A stretch of DNA of 64,000 bases from Kudoa neothunni (Eukaryota; Animalia; Cnidaria): NCBI GenBank assembly GCA_964304625.1, contig OZ199839.1:3888670-3952669 (forward strand), read 5' to 3'. Shown here in pieces: positions 26,979 through 39,625 of this stretch. The notes beneath the pieces are model-generated. The model worked only from the letters and a program-made list of their open reading frames with translations. It ran no database searches and was not told the origin of the DNA. The translations under genes and the position numbers were made by a program. Position 1 is the stretch's first letter; every line of letters begins with the position of its first letter.

Positions 26979-26990
26979 CACGCATGCGTG
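26979..26990. promoter_or_regulatory. perfect palindrome CACGCATGCGTG (NRF1-like) 9 bp upstream of the DIS3L2-like ATG
   Basis: 12-bp palindrome with a GCATGC core; a second motif GGCGCAGGCGCT lies at ~26639-26650. Confidence 0.5.
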
Positions 26991-26999
26991 TAAATTTAA

Positions 27000-29375
27000 A
27001 TGTGGAGATTTACGGCATGTGCCTATTATAAATCCCCGAATAAATATATTTTCAACATAAAAAAATTTTCCTCTAAACAAGTCACAACAAAAAAGAAATC
27101 CGAATCATCGAAATTACATAAAAAAAGATCGCCACTTCATAACTGTTCCGCTGATGTTTCCACAATAGTGATGGCTATGAATACGAAAAGTATTGTGGGT
27201 AGGTTGGAGCATCCACGATTTTACATACGTTCGGTGCCAATTAGTTACAATTTTCATGGTAATTTTGGCGATCAAGCGATAACCCGGAACCCAAACGAAA
27301 ACGGTAACAATAAAACCACTGTCCTTATTCTCGGTGCAATTAATTATGTTTTTTTACAGAAGGATCAATTTTGGAACTGCACAAAAGAGCAAAATACACA
27401 TGCGGATTAATTGTAATGGAAAATAACTACGCCAAATTGGTTCACATGAATAACAAAAGGCATGTGCTAGCATATTTGCCTTCCGTTAAAAATTCATCAC
27501 AATTCGAGGAAGATTGTTTGTATTCTGCACACATCTCTGAGTTAGATATAGTGCGAAAGATTCCAATCGCAAAAATTGGTGAGAATTTGGGAATTAAAAC
27601 ATGCCCACTCTCCCAGTTACAAGCTCACATCATGTACTGTGGATTGAATGAACATGTGTATTATGAGAAATGCGGTCGCCTGACTGATAAAGACGATGAG
27701 ATAGTTGATGACTGGGAGCCACATCCAAGTGAGTTGATGGGAAGAAGAAGTTTTTTGGATGAATGTGTGATTACCATCGACCCTGAGAGTGCTGCTGACT
27801 TTGACGATGCTTTATCATTAAGACGATGCGATGATAATAGTTACGAGGTAAATGTTGAATCAATTATGTTTCTAAAGTACTGAAAAGTCAATTCTTTAAA
27901 TTAGCCATCAAATAGCTCTCCTCTTATAAACTACATTCTTAAAATATAAACTTTACTATCAACTGAATCAACTACATGATCGCGCGACCTTTTTTGTTAT
28001 AAAAATGTTTGAAAATAATACATAAGGAAGTTTTCGTTCGCTTCAAAAATCTAAGTTAATAGTTAAGATTTATTATATATGATAAATTTATTAATATTTG
28101 TGTAATATTAAATTATCATAAATTATAATTGTTCAATTGTAATAATAGAATAGATTTATTGTTGAATAAAGTTTCATTTAACTTTTTTCTGTGGAATAAT
28201 TTTTGCATTATACTTGTTGATACTTGAATGCACGAAAAGATCGGATTATTCAACAAAATATCAATATTGGCAGTTTTTAATTTCTTAAAAAATTTTATTT
28301 TTTTATTGGAGTTAAGATTCAAATCATAATATTAAGTCATAATTAATCATTTTTTAAAATGTATTGAACGACATCCTTGAAAATTGCATTTTTACAAATA
28401 TTTTTATTCACAATTAATGAACTGAAGTGTCGGTTTTGGTGATACACTTCGTGACTATTGATTTTTAATGGTTGGATTCCGTTTATTAAATCGTTTGATA
28501 ACCATTTGTTCATCTAATTTTTAATGAACAATGTCACTGAGATTAAGTTAACTAAGCACTTTTTTATTCTGGGTTGTTTTTATTTTTCATGCATATTATT
28601 AAATTTGCTGTGAGATATTATATTAAAAAAATTTGAACCAATTAAATAATAAACTTATTTTCAATAACTCCGAATTCTATAATCATTTCTATTATAATAA
28701 ATTAATTACTAATGGCACCTATATTTTTGAAGTTAAAATTCCAATTTATTCTTTTTATAATACGGTGTTAATTTAATATGAAATTTTTATAATTCAAAAA
28801 TATGATGAAATAAATTTTGAATGAAATAAGTATTTTTGATAAATTAAATAATTTATAACGTCAATAAAAAATTGTTGTAATATAAAATTAATTAAACAAA
28901 AAATCAGCATTTATTAACTTACTGACAACTCTATATGTTACAATTGTTTTCTCAAGTTGGGAGAAACATTAGCACAACTTAATAATGTTAATATTTTGAC
29001 GCAAACGTAATAATTGTGAATGAAGATTTAATAACTTTCCGAATATTCGATACACATAAATCGTTACCATGGTTATTATTTATTTTAAAATAAATTTTAA
29101 AATATTCGAATAACAATTTTTCTTTTTTGTTTGTCCTAAAAATTTAAAGGCAGGAATTATGTGTTTATTAGGCTTGTTAGAATATTTGCCTTTAAAGCTA
29201 CTAACTCCCGTATATTTTTCGTCAGAAAATAAAAATAAAAAAAATTTCGTTTAACATCTAATTATTATATTTCATCAAATTTTAATAAAATTATTAAATC
29301 ATCTTAAAAGTTGGAACTATACAATATTTGAGTTAGCTGCTTTTATAAGGTTAGAAAAATGTTTTCTTTTACGTG

Positions 29376-29420
<45 letters not shown>

Positions 29421-30944
29421 AATGATTAATCGAAAGTTGAATCGAAACAGCAATTTTTCTTAAAATGATACTTTTGTGGTACTAGACGGTAGCTGATTTT
29501 ACATATTATAGATTGGAGTGCATATAGCGGACGTTACTCATTTTGTTAAGCCGGGAAGTGAAAATGATACTCGTGCGAGTAAGTTGTGCGCCACAGTGTA
29601 CGGCAAAGCGAAAGCGTTTCATATGTTACCAGGGATATTGTGTAAAGAGAAATGCAGTCTTAAACCTGGCCAATTGAGACTAACTTACAGCGCAGTGCTG
29701 AAATATTCTCCTGATGGAAAATTGGTGGACTTTTGGGTTGGCAAAGGTTTCATTCGATCTTCTGCCAGGCTGACTTACGAGCAAGCAGAAGATATAATTA
29801 ATTCGAATGATTCCTCCAATGTAGCCTACACAATGTCCCAAAATCAAGAAATGTGGAAATTACATGGCCAAAAATTTCAAAAATTAGACGTAATTCAGCT
29901 GGTTAGAAGTCTCAACAATATATCCACCGAAATATGGGATCGAAAGGTTGAAGCGGGCAGGTTTTCCATTGGCTCACAAACATTGAGTTTCGAAATTGAA
30001 CCTAAAAATTACCAACCTACCGCGATGTTTCTATCTATACAACTAAAATCACACCGGCTAATCGAAACAATGATGTGTGCTGCAAACGAAGCCGTAGCTA
30101 GTTTTCTTAGACAAGAACTAACCCAAGGGGGTGCTATTGTACGAATGCATTCGATTGAAAGGATACCAGCTGCATTCGCCAAATTGTGTGATATACTCAA
30201 ACTACCACCGGCCTGTAGCAAACTGAACTATACGGATTTTATTTCTCAAATCAATAATCCAAATCTGAAACTGTTCGCTGGAAACTTTCTAATTCAAAAT
30301 ACCAAAAAGTCCATGTATATATATTTTGAACTATATCCTTATTGCCTTATGATTATTAAAATGAGTGTAGCTATGTAGCGGTCAACAAGGATTCGCACAC
30401 AAGCAAATATTTCCACGGAGGTCTAGCTGCCCCATCCTACACTCATTTTACTTCGCCGATTCGTCGTTATGCTGATATAATTGTACACAGACAACTTGAC
30501 GATGTGTTATGTGGAGGAAACACCAAATATGACGTAATTAAATATGTGCAAGGAGTATATTGAAATTATTTTTTCGGTTAATCACAGTCAAAACAAATCG
30601 AACAATTAGAACACATTATCGATAAGATCAACATTAACGAGTTTCAAATATCCACATTAGAAGCTATAGACCGGAGATATTACCTCCATCTTTATATCAA
30701 CCGGTTTGGAGTGCTCGATAACCTGACAGGTGGTAAAACTGACGACGAGTTGTTGCCAACTCAAAAAATCCAACAACCTCAACAACATTGTTACAAGCTT
30801 TTTTATCCGGATCTACGTTGCTACATCAAAACCGACACACCGATAAGAAAAAATATAAACTTTCTTGACACAATTACAGCTCAAGTCTCCTCTACAACAT
30901 TTCCGGATTGGGTGAATGCAAAAGAAGTCTCACTCGCGGCATAA
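27000..30944 (+). CDS. DIS3L2: RNase II/RNB-family 3'-5' exoribonuclease, DIS3L2-like
   Basis: Five exons (approx. 27000-27304, 27359-27847, 29512-30314, 30371-30533, 30588-30944). Motifs [34 protein letters not shown] (catalytic Asp residues intact), [62 protein letters not shown]; no PIN domain. Confidence 0.85.
29379..29416. repeat. (AT)19 microsatellite in a DIS3L2 intron
   Basis: Perfect dinucleotide run. Confidence 0.95.
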
Positions 30945-31049
30945 ATGTGCATTGATGATATATTAATTGGAAAACTTTTTAAGAATAAATGCAAAAAAAA
31001 CAGTTTCATCGAATCAACAAAATTATTATGTACAATAGAATTTAAAATT

Positions 31050-34000
31050 TCATTTGTTTTTGTTTCCAGGGAGTTTGTGTTGATTGAGTTGATTTCTTGG
31101 GTCGCTTATATCGTAGTTGTCAACAGAAACCACATGAGTATCTATCGCATTAGAAACCGAATAATCTTTCTCGAATTCCAGTTTATGATTCAGCCTAATC
31201 CGAAAAAATATTTATAAGTATCACGTCATCAGGTTATCTCAAAAAATGAAATTAAACCATACATAGGAGTGTGTAACACCGCGCCTTTCTAATATTCTCA
31301 ATCAATGCACACAAATTTATTTTCCTGTTAAAGCAAATAAATAAATCTCATTGATCCTTACTATATTGTTGCATCGGACGTTATTTATCTCAATAGTTAA
31401 AATAAAGGGTTTATCTCAATCTTTATTATAAAAATTGTATGATTCTAAAATTAGGGTATCTATAAATAGAATTTTGGTCATATAAAAATTATAAATGTAG
31501 CTTTTTAGATATTATCATTTACTATTTTGTTTCGGGAGAAGAGAGGTATTATTTATGTTATTGGTGATTTATTTTACTTTATAACATATGAGAATCTTAT
31601 TGTTGTTAAAATGTTACTTAAATTAATTTTATTAAAATTTATGAAATCCATTTATAAACAAACTTAAAATATTCTAAAGTTCATTGCTCGATTAATTTAT
31701 TATAAATATTTTTTGTGAAGTTATAAAATAAGAATGAATATAACCACTCTAATTATATTGCGCAGTCATGATAAATAAGCTATAATTATAAATACGGTAG
31801 GTGGTCGATTTCACACACTTTTTTGGCAAGCGCATAATAATTACATATCCCTTTTTGGAATTCAGAAGAAAAATTTGTCTTTCATTGAAGTAGTATAAAC
31901 GAATACAAATTCTACAGCAGGCAAAAATCAAGCGATACTTAGTTTCAATTATTGAAAAAATCCATAATTTTGATTAGTGTCGTACATTGAGCCGCTGACA
32001 TATACAAATAAATTTCCAATTCTAACAATGATCGGAAACGATCTAAACTTTCTTAAATTAGAGAGAAAATTTAGTTCTTTTTTCGAGGAGACCATTTAGG
32101 GTCGCTATATTTGATATGTTGAAGTGTCTCAGTAACTATCTCGACGTTTATTTATGGAAGATTTTCGAGGTATTTTATTATTTTGTATTTTTCTTCTAAT
32201 GATGTTGTATTTTCATCTTCGCCTATCGCTAAATTTATAATTTTTCTGCGAATAATGCTACATTGATCAACAGAGACAGAGTGCCTGGAAGAAAGTGTGC
32301 AAAATCGGCACATCACGTGATGTTGGCTACGCATTTTACATCATTTATTTGTATCAAAATTATCGTTATGTTTAATATATTTTTTTATATAAACATTGGA
32401 AACATTTAGAATTATAATTAAATAAATTCACAAAAAGTGTGCAAAATCGATTATCGACTGTAATTAAATACTGGTGAGATCCATTTTTGCCTAGTTGAGC
32501 AAGCAGAGGTTTCTTTCTTTAGAAATAAGTCCAGAAAATTGTTTCAATGATTTATATGTATTTTTCTCAGACAAAGTTGCAAAAATCAATTCAAATTAAA
32601 GTATGAATTTTATAAAATATTTCTTAACTTAAAAAAAATGAATCCGCAGGATTAATTCATCTAATTGCTAATTAATTACTTATAATTCGTTGGCTAAAAA
32701 AAGTGTAAATTGCCCCAACGTTTTATATTTTTAAATAATTCATAACATTTTAACCCTCTAACGGACTTGGGGTCTGTGGGACCTCAACGCCACACTATTT
32801 TGCCAATAAAATTTTTTCTAATATACACTCAAGTCTGTAATCTTGAATATTTTTATATATTTATGTAAAATATATATTGATGTATTTTGTAGTTTATAAC
32901 TGCTATTACGTAACACCAAAATAAAAATACGACCCCAACGAACTTTGGGGTCTGTGGGACCCAGGTTTTTTTTGGCTTGGCCTAATTGACAAATTATGAA
33001 AATGCGACCTTTGAAATATTAAGTAATTCTATTCACGCAATATCACGAAAATCGTTGATCACTGTACGAACGAATCCTTGATAGTTTGGCACGGAAAGAC
33101 TTGTCTGGAACATAGTAATCTGTCGTTGCACCGGCATTAAAATTCCCTTGTTATTTACTTGTAGTCGCAGCTTATAAACTAGAAAACATGATTAGTTTAA
33201 CAATGTTCTCGTTATTTTTTATAGTAATAAAACTTTAAACAGTACAATTAAATTTTGAAGCATTTAAAGTGTTTCACTTACTACATATTCCTTTTTATAT
33301 TAATAATTGGTGGGTTTAATAACTAAGATCAGTTCTCGTTATTTCAGCGACAAATTTCAATCGTTCAGTAGTGGTGTTAATGCAACAACACTAGGAGTAT
33401 CTAAACGTTCGAATGACATACCAGGGACCGGGTTTCAATAACTTCTACAAGCAACAGAAAACAGAGGCGGAATAATTTTATAACTAAGTATTTCACCATC
33501 TTCAAGAAATTCAGTTTAGAATATCATGGAATGTAGTCCTGGCACAATTGCCTTTTGTTTTTAGAGAGCCCACAAAAAATATTGGATAGTTTGAATATAT
33601 TTTTAGCCGTTGCTGTTTGTCAGATAATAATAATGCACATTAATATAATTTGAAAATTACATTTTCATAAATCTCGGACCAGCATGGATGATGTTGGACC
33701 CCTAATTTTAACTGATGTACATAAGGACTGAGTAGAAACTATGCTAGAATAATTTAGTTCGGCCGGTGGTAGTAAAGCATATTTAAGTTCTTTTTCTTCA
33801 AGTATTTTCAGCAAATATCAGATCTGAAAGGATGGAATTAGACAAGTTTTGTCCAAGCCTTAACATATTTACACATGTGGATTGAAATCGTGTTTGTGTT
33901 TTTATCCTAATGAAGACATTATTGTTGATAAGCAGTTTTACTTTTCAAAGGAAGTTGCTCATTTAAACAGTACATGCATATATGTTCAGCTAATTTAACT

Positions 34001-37000
34001 GAATGTGACCTATGGTGGATTCTATATAATAAACTTAAAATTGGTCGATTTTACTTGTCTCTATAAATATATCTTCGGAGAGTAAAATATGTTAAGACGT
34101 GATTTCTTGAATGAATTGGTTTTAACTTAGTACATCCAAAAATTGGAAAGAATTATGAACGAAAATAATTATATAAAAACTGATTCCAGTATATACTGAT
34201 AAAATCAAATTAAATTTCAACTTAAACAAAAAATGGTCAATTTTGCACGGAAATGATAGGGGGAAGTTATCACAATGTTAGCTTGTGAGCATTTTTATTG
34301 TAGCCTTACTTCTTCTAATACGCAACTGAATTGTTAATGATAAAAAATATTGATATTAAAAACCTATTTGTTTAAAAATCCTATTCTTGAATATATCGCG
34401 CTCACATTCCTCCAAGTGTGCTAATTTATATTCATCGCGCATGACTACAAAATAGTGCCAGATCGGATTATTGAGAATTAATTTATTAAGCAAAGAGTGA
34501 TTTTCTGAATATTGTGTCGATAGAACTTGTCAATAACATTAAGATCAAATTTCCATAATTTTTTAATTAGATTAAGTCAAAAAACCGGGGTCCCACAGAC
34601 CTCAAAATCCGTTAGAGGGTTCAAATGCCTTTTTTCAACGGGAGTTAAAATTTGTAGTTAATCAAAATTATTTTATTTTAAATTTTTAGCGGTAAATATA
34701 CATATCAACATAATTCCGCATAATGCAAATAGTCGATAATTTTTCGAATGATATGAAAAATTTTGATCAAGCGTTAAACACTCCAATGCAGTTAGATGGT
34801 CAAAAAGCGGAGGTTATTGGCACATTGAGGTATTAACCCCAATTGTAATTCGCGCATACGTATCACTAATTAACAAAACAAATCGCTGATTCACGCGCAT
34901 AAATTATAAAAAATGGGTTGTTTGATTTTAAGAGAATTTTTTAACTAGAATCCAAACGCAACATCTAAGTCTACAAAACTTCGAAAATTAACTAATCTCA
35001 TAATCACAATCCTTACAATTTTCTTTTGATAGTTGGTTATTAACACTGATTATAATATTCAGGTAGGTATAGTTTGACAATATTCAATTATTTTTAACCC
35101 CTGGAAGCGGTAGCCACGGCCAAAATGTAATTAAATACAACAGATTCTAAAAAATAAGCTTTATTGACAAACTAAAATAAGAGTTAATGGGACTAAAAAT
35201 GGGCATCGCGCAAACGTACTTGCCATTTGTGATTAAAAATTTCCGTGTCAATAACCAGCACTTTTTTTGCGTACATAATCATTAAGTTCAAATAGATCAA
35301 AATATATTTAATATGGAATATTAAATTTATGTGTTAACGACTAAAAATAATACATTCCATTAAAACTCCACACAAGTTAAATCGCTCCCAGGTAGGTACC
35401 AATAACCAATACTAACTGAAATGTGCGGGAAAAAATTACCAAGAATCGACGGAAGGAACAATATTTGCGCCACTTTCAAAATCATTTCGATCTCCCATAG
35501 TGGCACCATCCTTAATTTTATTGCTAAACTCCTTCAGCAATGTCAACGCCTACACAAAAATTTAGTAGATTTGGTCTCCAAAAATAACCCCATTCAATTA
35601 CAATATCCTCGCGATTGGAGCGCGCATTCTTAGTGACTAGTTTACATCTTTGACTTTTGACCATGTATTTGAGATTGACTTTCAGATAGTCATCAACAGT
35701 TCCAACATCGAATGATCCATATCTATCCACATCATAGCCATACAAAGCATCATCATCGTTATCTCGACCCCCAGTTTCATCATTTTTCATTTCACTCTTT
35801 AATTCTGTCCAAATCAAGCTCAAGTTTATGTAATCACATGCATCAAATAATTAACTTTCAACTTGCTTCTTTTTCTTGATAACGGATAACATATTTTTTT
35901 TCATTTCTTTTTTGAGTTGGCGTTGCTCTTCCTTAATTTTTTCACTAAACATTAGGTGAGTAGGCTCAAATCCATCAACAATGGAATACAGTTTCTTTTG
36001 AATTTTTTCCTTTTTTGTGGCGCCATCATCATCGTCTTCATTATTGTTAACCTTATCAGAAATGACGTTGGAATTATCGATTTTTCTTTTTCTCGATTCG
36101 ATCAACTGCTGCTCATCGATCGATACTTTCTCATTTTCCTACGCTCACAATCATAATGATTATAATGAATTTATAACAGTCATTTAATAAATGGTACTTG
36201 CGCGGTCTTATTGCTTATAGTTGGATCATCCTTGATCACATCGTGAATACTTTTTGGTTTTTTCTTTCAAACAAAATCAGACCCAATTAATATTCATAGA
36301 TTACAAATATGGTCGAGTCGACTTCTTCCTCAAAATCTTCTTCATCGCCAAAAGATAACAATTGTCGATTACTTATTGTATATGAGACACATATAATCTA
36401 TTAAAAAGATCTCACTTGGACGCCTTGACATGCTTAAAAATGGACTCTTTTTTTGCTTTTACGTCGATTTCACTTTTGACTTCTTGGGAAGTCGAGATAA
36501 TATCTGAAAATGGCTGTTCCAAAATCTACATGTTAATTTAACTCATTTTAAAAATTACATAAACTAATGAGGATATTGGTAAAACAAATTTAAACAAAAA
36601 ATATTCATATGCGATTTTATCTCTATTGATAATACCCACCGTTCCAACAAAAAATGATTGATTAAGGATTTATAATGTTTAATTAATTATATTTTTAGAA
36701 AGTTTGACTTAACTTTAATTTATTAGCTAATATGCATGTTGTATTTAAAGATTATTTACAGTAGACTTTATAATTTTAGGAGGTTCAATAGGACGATGTG
36801 AAAAATCCACTTCAATATCTAGCATCTTTAATACATTGTACATGGTGTTACCGACTATCTATTGTAATAATAACGTCACTTATCAAAGCATTGTATCATC
36901 ATCATCAAAGAGATACATGACCAAAAATTGTGTTCTTGTTATTCAAATCATTACACGGACCCAGTGTGATAAAAAACTGAGAGTAGTTGGTATTTGGCCG

Positions 37001-37412
37001 GCCGCAATTCGCCATAGCAACCAAACCACGACGAGTGAATCGAAGGCGTTGATGGAATTCATCTTTGAATGGTTCACCATAGATGGATTCACCCCCTTGG
37101 CCGGTGCCTGTGGGATCCCCGCCTTGAATCATAAAATCTAACAATAAAATTAATCAAAATAAATGTAGTAGAACAAATGAAGAGTTACCCTTTTTGTATT
37201 TGATGAAATATTGTTCCATTGTAATAGCTGTTGGCGCAATGCTGTAGAAAATTTCTGCAAGCTTTGGGTGCTTCTTTTGACCACAACGCTATTTCAATAT
37301 CACCAACAGTGGTTTTTAACAAAACCTATTATTTTATAATAGATATAGGGGCGATTAAATGAAAAAATACTTTTCCATTAGTCGGAGGCTCCAACTCGTA
37401 AAGGGACGACAT
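31050..37412 (-). CDS. CWC27: Spliceosome-associated cyclophilin CWC27 (SDCCAG10), multi-exon with a 4.2-kb last intron
   Basis: [42 protein letters not shown]; [43 protein letters not shown]; [16 protein letters not shown]. Last exon 31050-31194 reads W-LNHKLEFE...[13 protein letters not shown], matching the CWC27 C-terminus (WMSHVLQFE...YDPRNPVN). Confidence 0.93.
31795..32460 (-). mobile_element. degenerate pogo/Tigger remnant in a CWC27 intron, related to 44690-46609
   Basis: TA-flanked end CAGTCGATAATCGATTTTGCACAC with a degenerate opposite end; remnant [13 protein letters not shown] resembles [13 protein letters not shown] of the 44926 transposase. Confidence 0.65.
32754..34619 (+). 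mobile_element. piggyBac-derived element in a CWC27 intron
   Basis: TTAA then ~30-bp TIR CCCTCTAACGGA-TTG(G/A)GGTCTGTGGGACC; internal repeat at ~32946; remnant YPNEDIIVD...[11 protein letters not shown]. Confidence 0.85.
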
Positions 37413-37436
37413 CGCACTAAACCTTTGTTGGTCTTG

Positions 37437-37448
37437 TGCGCAGGCGTA
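37437..37448. promoter_or_regulatory. NRF1-like motif TGCGCAGGCGTA in the 185-bp bidirectional promoter region of CWC27 and the orphan gene
   Basis: 10/12 match to TGCGCATGCGCA, 24 bp upstream of the CWC27 ATG. Confidence 0.5.
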
Positions 37449-37597
37449 TTTAAACCTCTCCCGTAAGCGTAAGTAAAGTGTAAGGTGATTTTCAGCCGAT
37501 TCATTTAATAAAATCATCCTATTTTCATACTGGGTGAAACATGTGAGTGATAAATCGACTCGGTTACAAGTGATTATGCGTTCGATTTAGGATTGTT

Positions 37598-37994
37598 ATG
37601 TCTAGACGCAAAATTGATATCGAAACTGCTTTAAACAAACCGATAATTCCTATAAATCGAATGTAAATGAATTCTTGATGTCATTTAGCTGACTTATGTC
37701 GTAGGTTAAATGAACTGGCTCAACTTCATGTGAAGACCACCAGCGTAGGGGTTTGTTTATATGTGTGCGGCCAATCACTTTTTTTAGGAAACCAACCTGC
37801 AGAATTTGCCCAATACGTTTTCTAATTTGTCTACTAATGATTCCGCAAATCAAATAAATAACGTATTTCATGTATAACCTATTTTACCAAATTAGCTGAC
37901 TGTTTCCGTCTAGAAGTCGAAACCTCGTCATATCGATTCTGGAGAAGTTGATTCTAACGAACTAAAATTATTTTTTAAAAGTTTAGGAGTTTAA
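37598..37994 (+). CDS. unannotated 88-aa four-exon protein of unknown function
   Basis: Exons 37598-37662, 37705-37750, 37788-37862, 37914-37994 are joined by GT-AG introns of 42/37/51 nt with consistent phases: MSRRKIDIETALNKPIIPINRMLNELAQLHVKTTSVGETNLQNLPNTFSNLSTNDSANQINNKSKPRHIDSGEVDSNELKLFFKSLGV*. Confidence 0.7.
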
Positions 37995-39104
37995 TGTTGT
38001 TTCTTAATTTTATTACATCTTGTTTTTTTTTGTATCAAGCGGATTTAAAGCATTATATAATAGATGACTATTGAAATTTAAAAATGGGAGAAGATATAGA
38101 CAACGAAGCTAATACCAACAATAAATTATAAATTAAAGACGTTCGTAATAATGAGAAGATTTTTATGATGTTACTGTTATCGGTTCGTTTAACAGAATAA
38201 CACGAGTAAAATTACGTATAATGCTAAGAAAAATCTAATTGTTTTCTTTTCTATCTAACGATGAGGGCGTTAAATATTTATCTGGCATGAAGAAGTAGTG
38301 AAAAATAAAAGTTTCTCAATTTTGGAAGAAACTGAAGAGTAGGATAGGCTATTTGAACAATCGGTCATCTAATCTCGATAAAAAATTAATAAAAGTAGTT
38401 GAGAAGCTTTATGAGTGAATTTTGTTAATTTTATCATTATACAAATTAAATTTTTATCAATATTTTTATTGTTTGCATTCGCGTGATTAATTGAGCGCTG
38501 TATAATGAGTTTGAGTTTCATTTAAATTACTCACTACTCATATTTAGCTTAATATGTCTCTCGTACGCGAAAAGTTATTTTTTGCATCAATTTAAATAAG
38601 AAAATGGATTTAATGATTGAAACAATTTCGTCTAATAAAAGATGCCAATCTTTACATAGAAGATATCAAATTTAAAAGAAATGAATATATTTTATCATCT
38701 TCACACGAATTTTTTAAAAATAATACGTAGCAACCTGATTTACTTTTTAAAACTGAAAATGGTCAAAATTAAAAATGAGTACTCTACAGCGAAATCAATT
38801 TTGCAAACAAATAAATAAATCGGCGGAATACTCAAATATTACTTTCATTTGATATATAGAAGATATAAATGACTAAATTTAGCAACTGTAATAGACGAAA
38901 TAAGTAAATATATGCAAAAATAGAAATTAAATCAAATATAATTACTGTATTAGAAGAGAAAGTAAACTATCCTATAGATAATAAATTTTGTATATATAAA
39001 TTTAAAATTTTTCCACATTTATTACAAAAAGTAAAGTTCTTTGAGTTGAAAGTTATAAACCCGACACTGCTCAATATAAACACCAACATAACATGGCCAT
39101 AAAA

Positions 39105-39397
39105 TTAATATTTTAATTCTTGGTTGTCATTAAGTTCCAAGCGTCCATCTTCATAAAACTTCCTACTGCCCACCTGTCTTTTTATGATATCTTCACCGTG
39201 CTTGAAGGGGTCATATGTTTGGAAAAACTCGTAAACTGATGCTCTTTTAGTGTAGCGATTCAAATAAACCCACGGCGTTGTCACGAGCACAGCCAATACA
39301 CCGACCTTTGTTATTGTTCGTCCTAGTTGTTTCAAGAGCAATCCCTTCACAACTAAATAGATATAAGCAACAAAACAAAAAAGCGTATATTACTCAT
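39105..39397 (-). CDS. COX6C: Cytochrome c oxidase subunit 6C-like
   Basis: Four coding nt (ATGA), a 41-nt intron at 39353-39393, then MIVKGLLLKQLGRTI-TM-RYTKRASVYEFFQTYDPFKHGEDI, resembling COX6C (MRGLL..L...TM...RKKAYADFYRNYD..KDFE). Confidence 0.7.
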
Positions 39398-39625
39398 CGC
39401 GACGCTTTCAAAATTCGGTCAACTCCGTTCACGATTCGGTATCCATTAATATATACACTCTGATAGATGAGCTAGATTAATAAAACATATAGAGATCGTC
39501 CTTTTCATCTGTAGAGACTTTATTCAAAATCATAATTATTTTAAAAGTATTATTAAGAATTTAAATATTGTGCGTTGCGCTAAGTTATTGGGTGCGAGAG
39601 GAAATTGAATTTAAGTAGTTTAAAT

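Noticed and set aside
35524-36105. Separate ORFs of 99 and 84 aa
   Set aside because: They are internal exons of CWC27, not separate genes.
37137-37190. Non-canonical GG-AG intron in CWC27
   Set aside because: Equally explained by one extra base in an adjacent homopolymer; the other introns checked are GT-AG.
37650-37871. 73-aa minus-strand ORF upstream of CWC27
   Set aside because: Antisense shadow of the spliced plus-strand 88-aa gene.
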